Shown: positions 30,201 to 38,505 of the stretch, one piece after another
How positions within the stretch are numbered: position 1 is the first letter of the stretch
Layout: each line of letters begins with the position of its first letter
From: Sedimentisphaerales bacterium
GTDB taxonomy: Bacteria > Planctomycetota > Phycisphaerae > Sedimentisphaerales > SM23-30
Strand: one strand, 5' to 3'
DNA: 64,000 nucleotides
NCBI GenBank assembly: GCA_963666285.1
Contig: OY762711.1
Translations under genes and position numbers: made by a program
Notes under the pieces: model-generated
The model's database searches: none
What the model was told of the DNA's origin: nothing
Seen by the model: the letters and a program-made list of their open reading frames with translations, nothing else

Positions 30201-30302
30201 GTTTTGACAGAGTCTGGTAAGAAATGCAGCTTGAGCCGGGAAGGCGGCAAGTATGTATATCAGCTGAGATCGGGCAAGTATAAATTCTTGCTGGCAAAGT
30301 AG
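27291..30302 (+). CDS. Alpha-L-rhamnosidase, GH78 (paralog 2)
   Basis: Same GH78 motifs, co-linear and highly similar to paralog 1. Confidence 0.95.
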   Translation: MPKMNLKNLLLLVLLAVSYLCGSVSADVAAADKLTVNEGFVDPIGFYASDVDFSWILPQGGSVESQSAYQVAAASSPKLLPDKADLWNSGKVNSSQSIHVKYEGKKLSSRQKVYWMVRYWDQSGRRSKWSKAGTIEFGLLNNTDWRGSWIYMKEKDTGASKDASKIKVLKAVYGAKDDASKQIDLTKKVQNSVDGRKYAVSASNAFAGDDPAYGVEKVMLLEYMLNDEKVVTEVKENSYFNLVTKKGGQPAATDYVPEYLRKEFKVKQPVESARLYVTAKGLYEVYLNGEKIGKDYMVPGWTPYEKRIETVTYDVTKQVKRRDNALAAILGEGWYAGDLMGKPVKYPAVHPQFLAQLEITFKDGTVQRVVTDGSWKATNEGPIRYSSIYHGETYDAAKEMAGWNDTGYDAGGWNSVVTLPVESNVSLVPKRHNTVQVEAGLKTQTVNEPSKGKYVFDLGQNMVGWPELKLPLKAGQKLTVRYAEMLEKDGTLYTANYRGAKSTDYYTASEDGVVSWHPTFTFHGFRYVELSGFSEGVKPKKNWVTGCVLHSAFGQTGKFESSHAKLNKLQSNITWGQRGNYLEVPTDCPQRNERLGWTGDAQVFCPTSLFNYDVHSFWASWLESMREDQRKDGYIPNVVPSVSCGHGSPGWGDVSVVSPWDVYVRTGDLDILRDNYEMMKGWTGAYEREAKDYIVNRNGFGDWLQPYPANGNFADTQMDIIATAYFGRCSLIMAQAAKKLGKEEDVRKYGKQFANIRKAFSSKYFDEKGKLTVKTPTQTAYLMGLGYDLLEPGQREGAVQGLLELIEKADGHLRTGFLGTPLINRVLEECGHPDIAFQVLFKETYPSWFFSINQGATTMWERWNSFSHKDGFGDAGMNSFNHYAYGAIDQFMVERIAGLAPDWKNSGYKHFYIQPTPGEPLTWVRAEYQSPYGKAASGWKMTKKGLEIEAVVPTNTTATLVVPVLSAGEPVLTESGKKCSLSREGGKYVYQLRSGKYKFLLAK

Positions 30303-30333
30303 TAATAATAGATTAGTTAAACTTTTGTATCAC

Positions 30334-30380
30334 AAGCAAGTTTGGCAACCTGAAAAGGCCGCTAAACTTGCTTTTTTTTT
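30334..30380 (+). terminator. Intrinsic terminator
   Basis: AAGCAAGTTTGGC...GCTAAACTTGCTTTTTTTTT. Confidence 0.75.
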
Positions 30381-30453
30381 GTAACCTATTTCAATATAGA
30401 GTGTAGAAGTGGTTGGAAGTTATTCAATTAGAACGAATAAGGAGATATATGGT

Positions 30454-31056
30454 ATGAAGCCTGTAATATGCAGTAAGTGCAATGGAGAGATACGGGAATG
30501 GTCGGAGTTTTGTCCGGAATGCGGAGAGGAGATCGAGAATTTTGCCCGTCCGGCCGGGTTTTGGATACGGTTTGGGGCTCATATAATTGATGATTTGATA
30601 ATTATTCCGATAGGAATTCTGGCATTCTGGAATATTTTGTCACTAAAGAGTATGTCACTTATGTTTGTGCTGGGTGGTGTCGGGCTGGTCTATAAGCCGT
30701 TTATGGAAGCCTTTTGCGGGGCAACGGTTGGTAAGATGCTGTGCGGGATAAAGGTGGTGAATGATAAGAGTGAAAAGCTGTCTTTGATGAGTGCATATAT
30801 CCGCTTTCTTCCGTTTCTGGGTTCTACGGTGGTAAGTTTACTGGGTCAATATTTTTTGTTCAGTTCAGAAGACTTTGCGACGATTACTACCTTGCTTGAA
30901 TATAGTCAGACACAGCAGAGTAACGGGCCAGATTTTGTGGGTCTAGCTTTGGGGGTAATAGTTATTGTTGACTGTTTATTTGCTGCGTTCACCTTCAGGA
31001 AGCGAGCTTTGCATGATATGATGGCAGATTCGTATTGTGTGTATAGAGCAATTTAA
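30454..31056 (+). CDS. RDD family membrane protein with N-terminal zinc ribbon
   Basis: CSKC...CPECG, then AGFWIRFGAHIID, GATVGK and RALHD. Confidence 0.92.
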   Translation: MKPVICSKCNGEIREWSEFCPECGEEIENFARPAGFWIRFGAHIIDDLIIIPIGILAFWNILSLKSMSLMFVLGGVGLVYKPFMEAFCGATVGKMLCGIKVVNDKSEKLSLMSAYIRFLPFLGSTVVSLLGQYFLFSSEDFATITTLLEYSQTQQSNGPDFVGLALGVIVIVDCLFAAFTFRKRALHDMMADSYCVYRAI

Positions 31057-31223
31057 TTTTTATGCTTCGCATCACTTTGTGGCGTGTTCGCTTTTTGCCT
31101 GTTGCGGTTTCGGCTGACTACATCAGAAATACTCGCAATATATGAATATTACTGTGTTTTCTTCTTTGTCAGCCTCGTCCTCACAGAGGCATAAATCGGA
31201 ACAGAAAATATTAAAGTGCTCTA
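31044..31223. repeat. 180-bp MITE-like hairpin element
   Basis: Terminal IR TAGAGCAATTTAAT / ATTAAAGTGCTCTA, with internal arms GGCTGAC/GTCAGCC and TGCCT/AGGCA. Confidence 0.65.
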
Positions 31224-31274
31224 AAGAAACGAAATGAGTTAGAATGCTTTAGTCTGGCGTTATACGTTTGGTAT

Positions 31275-33047
31275 TTATTTTACGGTTAGGGCAATGGGGC
31301 GGCTGGTGCAGCTGCCGGAATCGTTGGTGAAGGTTACTGTGTATTGGCCGCTATCATTGGCGTCAGCGTTTTTGATTTTGAGTGTTGGTTTGGTACAGCC
31401 GGTGATTGCAGTGCCGTTTTTGTACCATTGGCAGACGGGATCAGGCACGGCGGCGGTTTTAACGGACAGTTCTGCCGTGTGGCCGGGTTGGACGGTAAGG
31501 TTGTCAGGTTGGGAGAGGATTAGAGGTGCCAGTTGTGGCTGCCAGCCGCCGAGGATATATGCCGGGGTGCTGTAGTTAATGATAGTTTCGGCATCGTCTG
31601 GCATTTTCAGCTGACGAGAGGCGGGGTGGCGCTGACTGGTATCGACCGGTGTGCCGTCGGCGAGGCTGGTGCTGTTGTATTCCCAGTAGTGAATGTTTGT
31701 GCAGTCGTCGCAGATGCGTCCCCAGCCGACAGGCGATATGCCTTCGAGGGCACAGTTCAGCAAAACGGCTTCAGCGTGCGGGTAGTTGTATTTTTTGTTC
31801 TGGGGAGCGCGTGCGATTTCTGTCTGGCGTCCGTTGAGGGTTTTGAAGGAGCAGTTTAGGAATATATTGCCATGGTTGGCTTCGGTGTTGCGGATCCACA
31901 TGTAGACGTAGCCGGTCGAGTACATCCGGCAACGGTCGAAGAAGGTTGGGCCTCGTCCGAGTACGATATCGCCGCCGCCGGTGACGCTGCAGTTTTTGAG
32001 GTAAACGGGGCCGTTGGACTGGAGGGCGTCGCCATCGCCGACAATGGTTAGATCAGAGCATATGATCCGTTCGCCGGCGAGCAGTAGACCTTCAGCCTGG
32101 CCCTTGGCGGTGGTCATAATGGTCATATTGACGAGGTTGATGTCTGTGCTGTGGTCAACCATGAACGCGGCACGACGTGAAGGGAAAGTGCCGGGCCATT
32201 CGTTGGTGGCGACATTTAAGGGGTGGGGGTTGAAGACCTCGTTGTTGGCATAATGGACGATAACATTTTCGCGGCTTTCGCCGATGATGGTGAGGTTTGA
32301 TTTGTTGCGGAAATACACGATTTCTTCGTAGTCGCCGTTTTTGATGAAAATGGTAATGGGTTTGGTGCTGTAGTCGGGTGTGGAGTCGATAGCACCCTGG
32401 ACGGTATTGAAGCTGCCTGAGCCGTCGGCGCTGACGGTGAGGTATTGTGAGTTTGCGGGCGGTGGAGCGGTTTTGGTGGAGAAAGTCCAGGCTGTTTTGT
32501 CGTTTATGCCGGGAAAACTGTTGTCAGGGGTTGTGAGCACTTCGGGATCGATTTGTATATAGTAGGTTTTGTTGTATTCGAGCAGGTTGTTGTGTGGGTA
32601 GATAGTGGCGGTGCTGCCGTGGATGATGACGGGGTAAAAATGGAACGCATCGGTAAAGCCGCCGATGATGGTGAGCTGATAGGTGTCCGGGGTTGGCAGA
32701 GCGGCACCGGACGGAGTGCCAGGTCTGGTGTTGGCGTTGGTGAATTTGCCGGGTAGATATTGGTAGGGTATGGGGGTGTAGGGAACTTTTGTTTTGTCTG
32801 GTTCGGTAGGCCCTGGCGGAATGCTGAGGTCCAGTGTATCGATGAGCCGGTCGTCAGCGGCATCGTAAATGCGTACCTGGCCAGATGAGCCGAGGTTTGG
32901 CTGGTCGGGGAAAGTTATTACCAGGTGGGTGTCGGGGTTGACGTTTTGGGCGTTGTTAGCTGGGGAAAGGTTGAAATTTTGGGCTAAACCCAGGTTGCAC
33001 ATGGTGAGAGATATAGTAAATAATGCCAAAACCAGAAACTTTTTCAT
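31275..33047 (-). CDS. Pectinesterase (CE8) family protein with Ig-like domains
   Basis: VSADGSGSFNTVQGAID, IFIKNGDYEE, IIGESRE and YWEYNS motifs. N-terminal Ig-like (SPANNA..V.PDT) and C-terminal Ig (SQP...QWYKNG...DSGQY) domains. Confidence 0.88.
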   Translation of the reverse strand: MKKFLVLALFTISLTMCNLGLAQNFNLSPANNAQNVNPDTHLVITFPDQPNLGSSGQVRIYDAADDRLIDTLDLSIPPGPTEPDKTKVPYTPIPYQYLPGKFTNANTRPGTPSGAALPTPDTYQLTIIGGFTDAFHFYPVIIHGSTATIYPHNNLLEYNKTYYIQIDPEVLTTPDNSFPGINDKTAWTFSTKTAPPPANSQYLTVSADGSGSFNTVQGAIDSTPDYSTKPITIFIKNGDYEEIVYFRNKSNLTIIGESRENVIVHYANNEVFNPHPLNVATNEWPGTFPSRRAAFMVDHSTDINLVNMTIMTTAKGQAEGLLLAGERIICSDLTIVGDGDALQSNGPVYLKNCSVTGGGDIVLGRGPTFFDRCRMYSTGYVYMWIRNTEANHGNIFLNCSFKTLNGRQTEIARAPQNKKYNYPHAEAVLLNCALEGISPVGWGRICDDCTNIHYWEYNSTSLADGTPVDTSQRHPASRQLKMPDDAETIINYSTPAYILGGWQPQLAPLILSQPDNLTVQPGHTAELSVKTAAVPDPVCQWYKNGTAITGCTKPTLKIKNADANDSGQYTVTFTNDSGSCTSRPIALTVK

Positions 33048-33204
33048 AGCGGGCTCCTATAACCGTTAGTGATTAAACAATTCGTAATCTTATTATGGGA
33101 GATGCGGGAAATAATGCAAGATGATTTCGGGTAATGAAAAGGTCGGTTTTGTGCAGGGGTGGGAGGGAGTATTATTTAATAGTAATCAATTGATCTCAGG
33201 TTGG

Positions 33205-34146
33205 TTAACATAATTTATTATGCAGTTTCCGTACTTCTTTCCAGTTTGGGTATTGTTTTAGTAATTTTGAGATTAACTTAACATCCTTAGAGATACGGGC
33301 AATATGATATTGTGCAATCAGAAAATAATTTTTATTGCATCGTTTCAGGTCTGCTTTGCTGTAAAATTTTCGATTTACTACATTGTCGACAATATGATCT
33401 GTAATACTATTTTCTGGCCACATACTGTATTTAAAGCGATTTTGTTTTGAGCAAACGGTTATTGCCTGCCAGAAATCGACACTATTCCAAACTGTGTCGG
33501 TCATATAAAACCAGTCGGCATAAGTCATTTCAATTTTACTTGTTAATTTTGCTATCTTTTGCCACTGCTCAACAGCTTCGCTGCCTTGTTCCAAGACAGA
33601 ATGAGCTCTTGACATGGTTTTATAAGCTTCGATTGATCGTTTGCCTTTCAGTAACTTTATGGCAGATTCGGGTTTGTCCTGTGCGATGAACTCTCTGGCC
33701 TGCCAGCATATATCGCCTTTTTTATATAAGGCTTCACATGGGTCTTCTATCGCGATTTGATAATCTACCGCAGCATATTTATCATCAGGGTCTATTTGAA
33801 GTGCTTTTTTTAATACAGTTGCAGCTTTTTTGTTTTGGCCCATATAATAATAACAACCGCCAATTTCACGCATGGCAGGTGCATTGAGAGGGTCAAATTC
33901 AAAACTCTTTCTATACGCCTTTATGGCTGCTTTTGGGCAATGTGTAAAATCATGTACATCACCGATCATATAATATGACCAGCCAAGGAGAAACTTATCT
34001 TTTTTAAAGTTTGCTTTTTCGAGGCATGCTACAGCTGGCAAATAGTTTTCCTTGAGCCAGAAACAATCTCTGGCAATAACCCCAGATATTCCCCGTTGAT
34101 TGTACCATTGTAAATATTTTCTTGCACTTTCCAGTGTATAAGCCAT
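33205..34146 (-). CDS. Tetratricopeptide repeat protein
   Basis: TPR-like helices (AIKAYRKSFEFDP, LKKALQIDP). Confidence 0.8.
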   Translation of the reverse strand: MAYTLESARKYLQWYNQRGISGVIARDCFWLKENYLPAVACLEKANFKKDKFLLGWSYYMIGDVHDFTHCPKAAIKAYRKSFEFDPLNAPAMREIGGCYYYMGQNKKAATVLKKALQIDPDDKYAAVDYQIAIEDPCEALYKKGDICWQAREFIAQDKPESAIKLLKGKRSIEAYKTMSRAHSVLEQGSEAVEQWQKIAKLTSKIEMTYADWFYMTDTVWNSVDFWQAITVCSKQNRFKYSMWPENSITDHIVDNVVNRKFYSKADLKRCNKNYFLIAQYHIARISKDVKLISKLLKQYPNWKEVRKLHNKLC

Positions 34147-34180
34147 GACCAATACCTCATTTACAAAGTTATATGTTTAT

Positions 34181-34537
34181 TTACGCTCCGTTAAGTTTTG
34201 CTCTGAATACGAAGAAAACAGCACCGAGCAGGCAGACTCCGGCACAGGCATAATCGAAGGTTATTTTTTCTTTCATATACAGTATTGAGAACGGAACGAA
34301 AACCGAAAGGCTGATGACTTCCTGGATGATTTTAAGCTGTCCGACGTTCATTACCTGGTGGCCGATCCGGTTGGCGGGTACCTGGAGCAGGTATTCGAAG
34401 AGGGCAATGCCCCAGCTGATAAGAACGACCAGCAGCAGCGGTTTGTTGGCCAGGTGCTTGAGGTGTCCGTACCAGGCGAAGGTCATGAATATATTGCTAC
34501 AGCTTAATAAAACAACAGTTAAAAAGATTTTGTCCAT
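34181..34537 (-). CDS. DMT family small membrane protein
   Basis: SNIFMTFAWYGHLK, SWGIALFEY.LQVPANRIG and QLKIIQE motifs. Confidence 0.92.
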   Translation of the reverse strand: MDKIFLTVVLLSCSNIFMTFAWYGHLKHLANKPLLLVVLISWGIALFEYLLQVPANRIGHQVMNVGQLKIIQEVISLSVFVPFSILYMKEKITFDYACAGVCLLGAVFFVFRAKLNGA

Positions 34538-34586
34538 ATCATTCTCGAAAAAAGTTTTATTTGTTTTGCATTTTGTGCGTGTTAAT

Positions 34587-34746
34587 TACTCAAACTGACC
34601 GATGTTCAGTTAGAGAGGTACCAGGTATTAGTTTTAGGTATTAGGGAAGGAATGCCGCTGAGCGGCAATCAATAAATTATTAATGTAACAGACTGAGCTA
34701 TAATTTATTATAGCTCAGCAAAGTGTAAAACCGATTACTTTGAGTA
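34587..34746. repeat. MITE-like repeat family C, copy 1 (second copy 37550-37690)
   Basis: Ends TACTCAAACTGACCGAT / ACCGATTACTTTGAGTA. Internal ATTAATGTAACA and AAAGTGTAAAA are shared with 37550-37690. Confidence 0.7.
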
Positions 34747-34814
34747 AATTACATTTTTGATGGCTTTGAGATATTGTGCGTTTGGGTCGCCTTTGGTGGG
34801 TGCGATATACCCAC
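34735..34814 (-). repeat. 80-bp duplicate of the 3' end of the 35792..36886 gene
   Basis: 78/80 identical to 35792-35871. Confidence 0.9.
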
Positions 34815-34824
34815 TTTTTGTTTT

Positions 34825-35592
34825 TTACCAGTTATCATCATCGTCATCAAAATCAGGGTACTGTTCAGGGGAATCTCCTTTACGTTCTATAATACGTGGA
34901 TATTCGTCCTCATCAGCTTTAATATTAATTTTTTCTATCTTAAGTTCATGCCACCATTCATCGCCGAAGTCAAACAGGTAATAGAATTTTTGCCCCTCGA
35001 TTAAATGCAGTGATTCTAGAGTAGTTTTTGCACCATTAAGGCTGCTGTTATAAGATTCTGAGTCTTCACAATCGCACGGATGAGAATACCGGTTAGAATT
35101 TTTATATATTTTACGTGCATTGAAACTTTTTTGAGTTAGATGCGGGAAAAAGAAAGAATACAAATGTTCATCATATCTGTCAAAAGCATCAAATATGGCA
35201 TTATGTAAAGAATGAAGAGTTTGTCCTTCTCGAATTGCAATTTTTCGCCATATTTTTGCTCCAATAAGAGCTACTTTTATAATGCAGACCGGGCCAGAAT
35301 AAGTCGAACAATCATCCTCATCGCCAAAAATGTCACTGTATTGGCTTATATGATCGTATAAATCGTCAAGTTCGTCCTGGGTTTTCTCGTCTTGCTCGTT
35401 ATTGCTAAATTCGCCAATCTGGTCGAGTAATTCTTCAAGCTGCTGTGGTTCCGGATAAATTTCATATTTCTGACCTTTTTTGACTGTAATAGAAACCAAT
35501 CTGAATAGCTCTTGGTCCTCATAAAAAGGTTCATATGTTAAAAGTAGTTTCCGCTGCTTTTTTGTAAGTGGAATTGTAATTTTATCTTCCAT
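34825..35592 (-). CDS. Plasmid pRiA4b ORF-3 family protein
   Basis: IWRKIAI...TLHSLHNAI..AF...HLYSF...YLFDFGDEWWH...YPRII...G.SPEQY. Confidence 0.9.
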   Translation of the reverse strand: MEDKITIPLTKKQRKLLLTYEPFYEDQELFRLVSITVKKGQKYEIYPEPQQLEELLDQIGEFSNNEQDEKTQDELDDLYDHISQYSDIFGDEDDCSTYSGPVCIIKVALIGAKIWRKIAIREGQTLHSLHNAIFDAFDRYDEHLYSFFFPHLTQKSFNARKIYKNSNRYSHPCDCEDSESYNSSLNGAKTTLESLHLIEGQKFYYLFDFGDEWWHELKIEKINIKADEDEYPRIIERKGDSPEQYPDFDDDDDNW

Positions 35593-35791
35593 GTATTGCA
35601 CCTCATAAAAATCGGATAATATGCTCAACTAATAGAGTTATTTTTGTCTGATCGGTCCGGTGTGTTCGTACTTCATATGACCGGGCCAAGCATGTGTTTC
35701 CAAACTATATTATTGCTATTTTAATTGGGATATCCAACTATAAACTTAATGAAATATCTTACATAAGATTGTCCTTCAAGTAAAAAAATGG

Positions 35792-36886
35792 TTACTTTGA
35801 GTAAATTACATTTTTGATGGCTTTGAGATATTGTGCGTTTGGATCGCCTTTGGTGGGTGCGATATATCCACCTTCGCCAAGCTCGTTCCAGGCATATAGC
35901 AGAATGAGTCTTTCGGCGGTGGTCTGGTCGGGGTGGCTGTCGAGCCACTTTACGGCGTCGTCGAGCAGGTTGGCGGTCTGGTCGGGAGTTCGGTCTGGGA
36001 AATACCATCCTTCCTGCTGGTTCAGGCCGGCAGGTCCTTCCCATGGCCGTTTGTCCCAGCCGGTAGTGACAACAGGTATATAAGGCTGGGTTTTGGAGCC
36101 TTGCCAGTTGGTATGATGGTGGGGGACCAGTTCGGAGTAGCTGTGTTGTTCTGATTTGTCGATGTAGCCCTTGTTGATGTTGTAGTGGGTTTTGATGGAG
36201 TAGCCCTGTTTGGCGGTACCATTGCCGCAGGAGGCGATAGCTATGCCTGGCAGCCCGGCTTTTCTGGCGGTAGCCTGTAGGATATCGAGTTCGGCTTTGG
36301 TCGCACCATCGGGGTTGAATAAGATGATAAGCGGTTTACCATCAACGGTGAGATGCTGTGGGTGTTTGAAATATGGCATCCAGAAATCCGCGGCGGCCTG
36401 CCATTGATCAGGTCCTTTGATATCGTAGCCGGCATGGTTGGCGACGAGCAGGCAGAATTTGATCCGATGGTTGTTTTCGGCCTTGAGGAAGAGGTTCAGG
36501 CTGGTATGTTTGGGGTCGGATTGGATGGCTGCCGGGTTGATGGGTTCGGCGTTGTCGTGCCAGTACCAGCAGAATGCGAACCATTCGAGGCCATGGTCGG
36601 CGGCGAGGTCGATCTGCTGCTGCATAGTGGGCATGGAGTCGTCACGCCAGCCCCATATCGGTTCCCTTTCGGGGAATTCTTCGACCATGCGGCGGGTAAG
36701 ATGGGTAGGAGCGTTTTTGGCCCAGGGCTGAGCGGGGTCATGGGTCCATCGGCTCTGGCCGGACCAGCCGTCGAAGTAGTAGGCACCAACCGATGCCCTG
36801 GGGGCAGGTTTATCGGTTTGGGCGAAGGTTGAGGCTGTGAAGCAGGTGACGATAAGTATGAGGATGAATAAAATTGTTTTTTTCAT
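35792..36886 (-). CDS. Secreted GH99-like/WbsX-like glycoside hydrolase domain protein
   Basis: VGAYYFDGW, QQIDLAADHGL..FAFCWY, GWDKRPW and IYAWNE-like LYAWNELGEGGY motifs. Confidence 0.8.
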   Translation of the reverse strand: MKKTILFILILIVTCFTASTFAQTDKPAPRASVGAYYFDGWSGQSRWTHDPAQPWAKNAPTHLTRRMVEEFPEREPIWGWRDDSMPTMQQQIDLAADHGLEWFAFCWYWHDNAEPINPAAIQSDPKHTSLNLFLKAENNHRIKFCLLVANHAGYDIKGPDQWQAAADFWMPYFKHPQHLTVDGKPLIILFNPDGATKAELDILQATARKAGLPGIAIASCGNGTAKQGYSIKTHYNINKGYIDKSEQHSYSELVPHHHTNWQGSKTQPYIPVVTTGWDKRPWEGPAGLNQQEGWYFPDRTPDQTANLLDDAVKWLDSHPDQTTAERLILLYAWNELGEGGYIAPTKGDPNAQYLKAIKNVIYSK

Positions 36887-36950
36887 AGCAGAATTGTGGT
36901 TGGCGGAGTTTTCTGTTGATAGTTTAATATAGTTTAGTTTTTTTGATCGT

Positions 36951-37433
36951 TTAATTAGTCGGCGGTGTGTCGCTGTTGTATATTTCGACTGCGATTTTAA
37001 GTTTGCCGTCTGGTTGAAGTTTCCATATGGTGATATATTTGCCGGTCTGGTTTATTGGTTCCTGTGAGCCGGGAAGGAGTATGGACTGTCGGAAAGTACC
37101 GATTTCATAGACCAGGCTGCCATCGGCCTGTGCATCGATAGTAGTGGATTCCAGAGCCAGGAATTTCATGCCGGAGGTGAGTACGGTTTCGGTCATTTTC
37201 TTTAAGTTTTGTTTGCCTTTAATCATGGGGTGGGTATTGGGCATAGATATGATATCATCACAATAGAACTCGAGCAAATCATCAATTTTGCCGTTGAGGA
37301 AGCATTGTTCGGCCTGGTTGCCAAGCGAATCGACGATGGATTTCAGGTCTTGTTCCGGCTTGCTGTTGATGTGGGAGCATCCGGTTTGCATGATTAGTAT
37401 TATGCCGAGGAATAGGATAATGATGTTTTTCAC
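36951..37433 (-). CDS. DUF4440/NTF2-like lipoprotein
   Basis: Lipobox QTGC; YEIG...GKYITIWKLQPDGKLKI. Confidence 0.85.
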   Translation of the reverse strand: MKNIIILFLGIILIMQTGCSHINSKPEQDLKSIVDSLGNQAEQCFLNGKIDDLLEFYCDDIISMPNTHPMIKGKQNLKKMTETVLTSGMKFLALESTTIDAQADGSLVYEIGTFRQSILLPGSQEPINQTGKYITIWKLQPDGKLKIAVEIYNSDTPPTN

Positions 37434-37549
37434 GCCAGGCTCCTTTTTTTGCGGGATCAGAATATTATTGATAATTCACTATTAAATGCATTTTTGATAC
37501 TAAAGCAAGATTATTTGAAGGAATTATAATTGTTAATATTGAATATATT

Positions 37550-37690
37550 TACTCAAACTGACCAATGGCCAGTTTGAGAGGTATCAGGGATGGTTTGCTG
37601 CAATGCGTTGAGCTAATTAAATCATTAATGTAACAATTTGCATTAAATTGTGTTACAGCAATAAAAGTGTAAAATCGGTCACTTTGAAAT
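37550..37690. repeat. MITE-like repeat family C, copy 2
   Basis: TACTCAAACTGACCAAT ... ATCGGTCACTTTGAAAT. Confidence 0.7.
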
Positions 37691-37819
37691 AAGTATGTTT
37701 TGACTTTTTTTGGTGGGAAAGGGGGCGAGAATTGTCTGTTGTAGTCGTATAAATATCGCTATTGACTATATTTCCGGTAGATATTATAATAATATATTCA
37801 GTCACACTTTGGCTATTCC

Positions 37820-38175
37820 GGGGATGACAGGTATCGACCGGATTGTTTGAGGTGCGAGTGGCATGTCCAGGATGTCGGTTGGCCTGGTTAATCATCCGGC
37901 AACATAAACTTAAATGGCAACACACAGTTGCGCATGGCTGCCTAAATAAAGGCGCCCGTCTGTACCGAGACGCCCGCTATCGGATACAGGCGCCATTAGT
38001 GGGCTGGCTTGCATTGGTCGCCTGAGGCGATGCGAGTGAGATAATACTTTGGGCTGGCCGAAGAGATATCCTGTCTGTTGGAGATTTCCGAGGCGAGACC
38101 TTAATAAATAGACTAAACATGTAGAGGCTCGTACTGATCCATCACGGGACGGGGGTTCGATTCCCCCCATCTCCA
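37820..38175 (+). ncRNA. ssrA: tmRNA, tag peptide (A)GNTQLRMAA
   Basis: 5' GGGGATGACAGGTATCGAC and 3' GACGGGGGTTCGATTCCCCCCATCTCCA form the tRNA-like domain. Tag ORF 37916-37945 follows TTAAAT and ends in AA-stop. Confidence 0.96.
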
Positions 38176-38505
38176 ATAAGCCCTTATTTTGCAAGGATTT
38201 ATGGAAGCTATTCTTGCTAATGCGCTAATGGGATGTGCTATTTTTTTTAGTGTTTCAAAGGATGAAAATTATTTCTATCTTCTCCTGATAATTCTTCTAA
38301 TTCCTTATTTAATAGATTGACTTTAAGTATTTGATTTTGGTACCATAGATAATGAAAATATGGGACTTATATATAGGGAGAAAGTTCTAAATTATTCCCT
38401 GATTCTCCCTTATTTATTGACTGCCTTAGATTATATAAAGGCTGTTCAATGGGAACAGTTTTGAGGATAGAAGTTGTTAAGTGTTACGAAAGGAAGAATG
38501 GAATA

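Noticed and set aside
34735..34814. 80-bp duplicate as a DGR template repeat
   Set aside because: Only two differences, both synonymous, and no DGR-type RT or accessory gene nearby.
37653..38194. Short ORFs overlapping tmRNA
   Set aside because: Explained by the ssrA gene.
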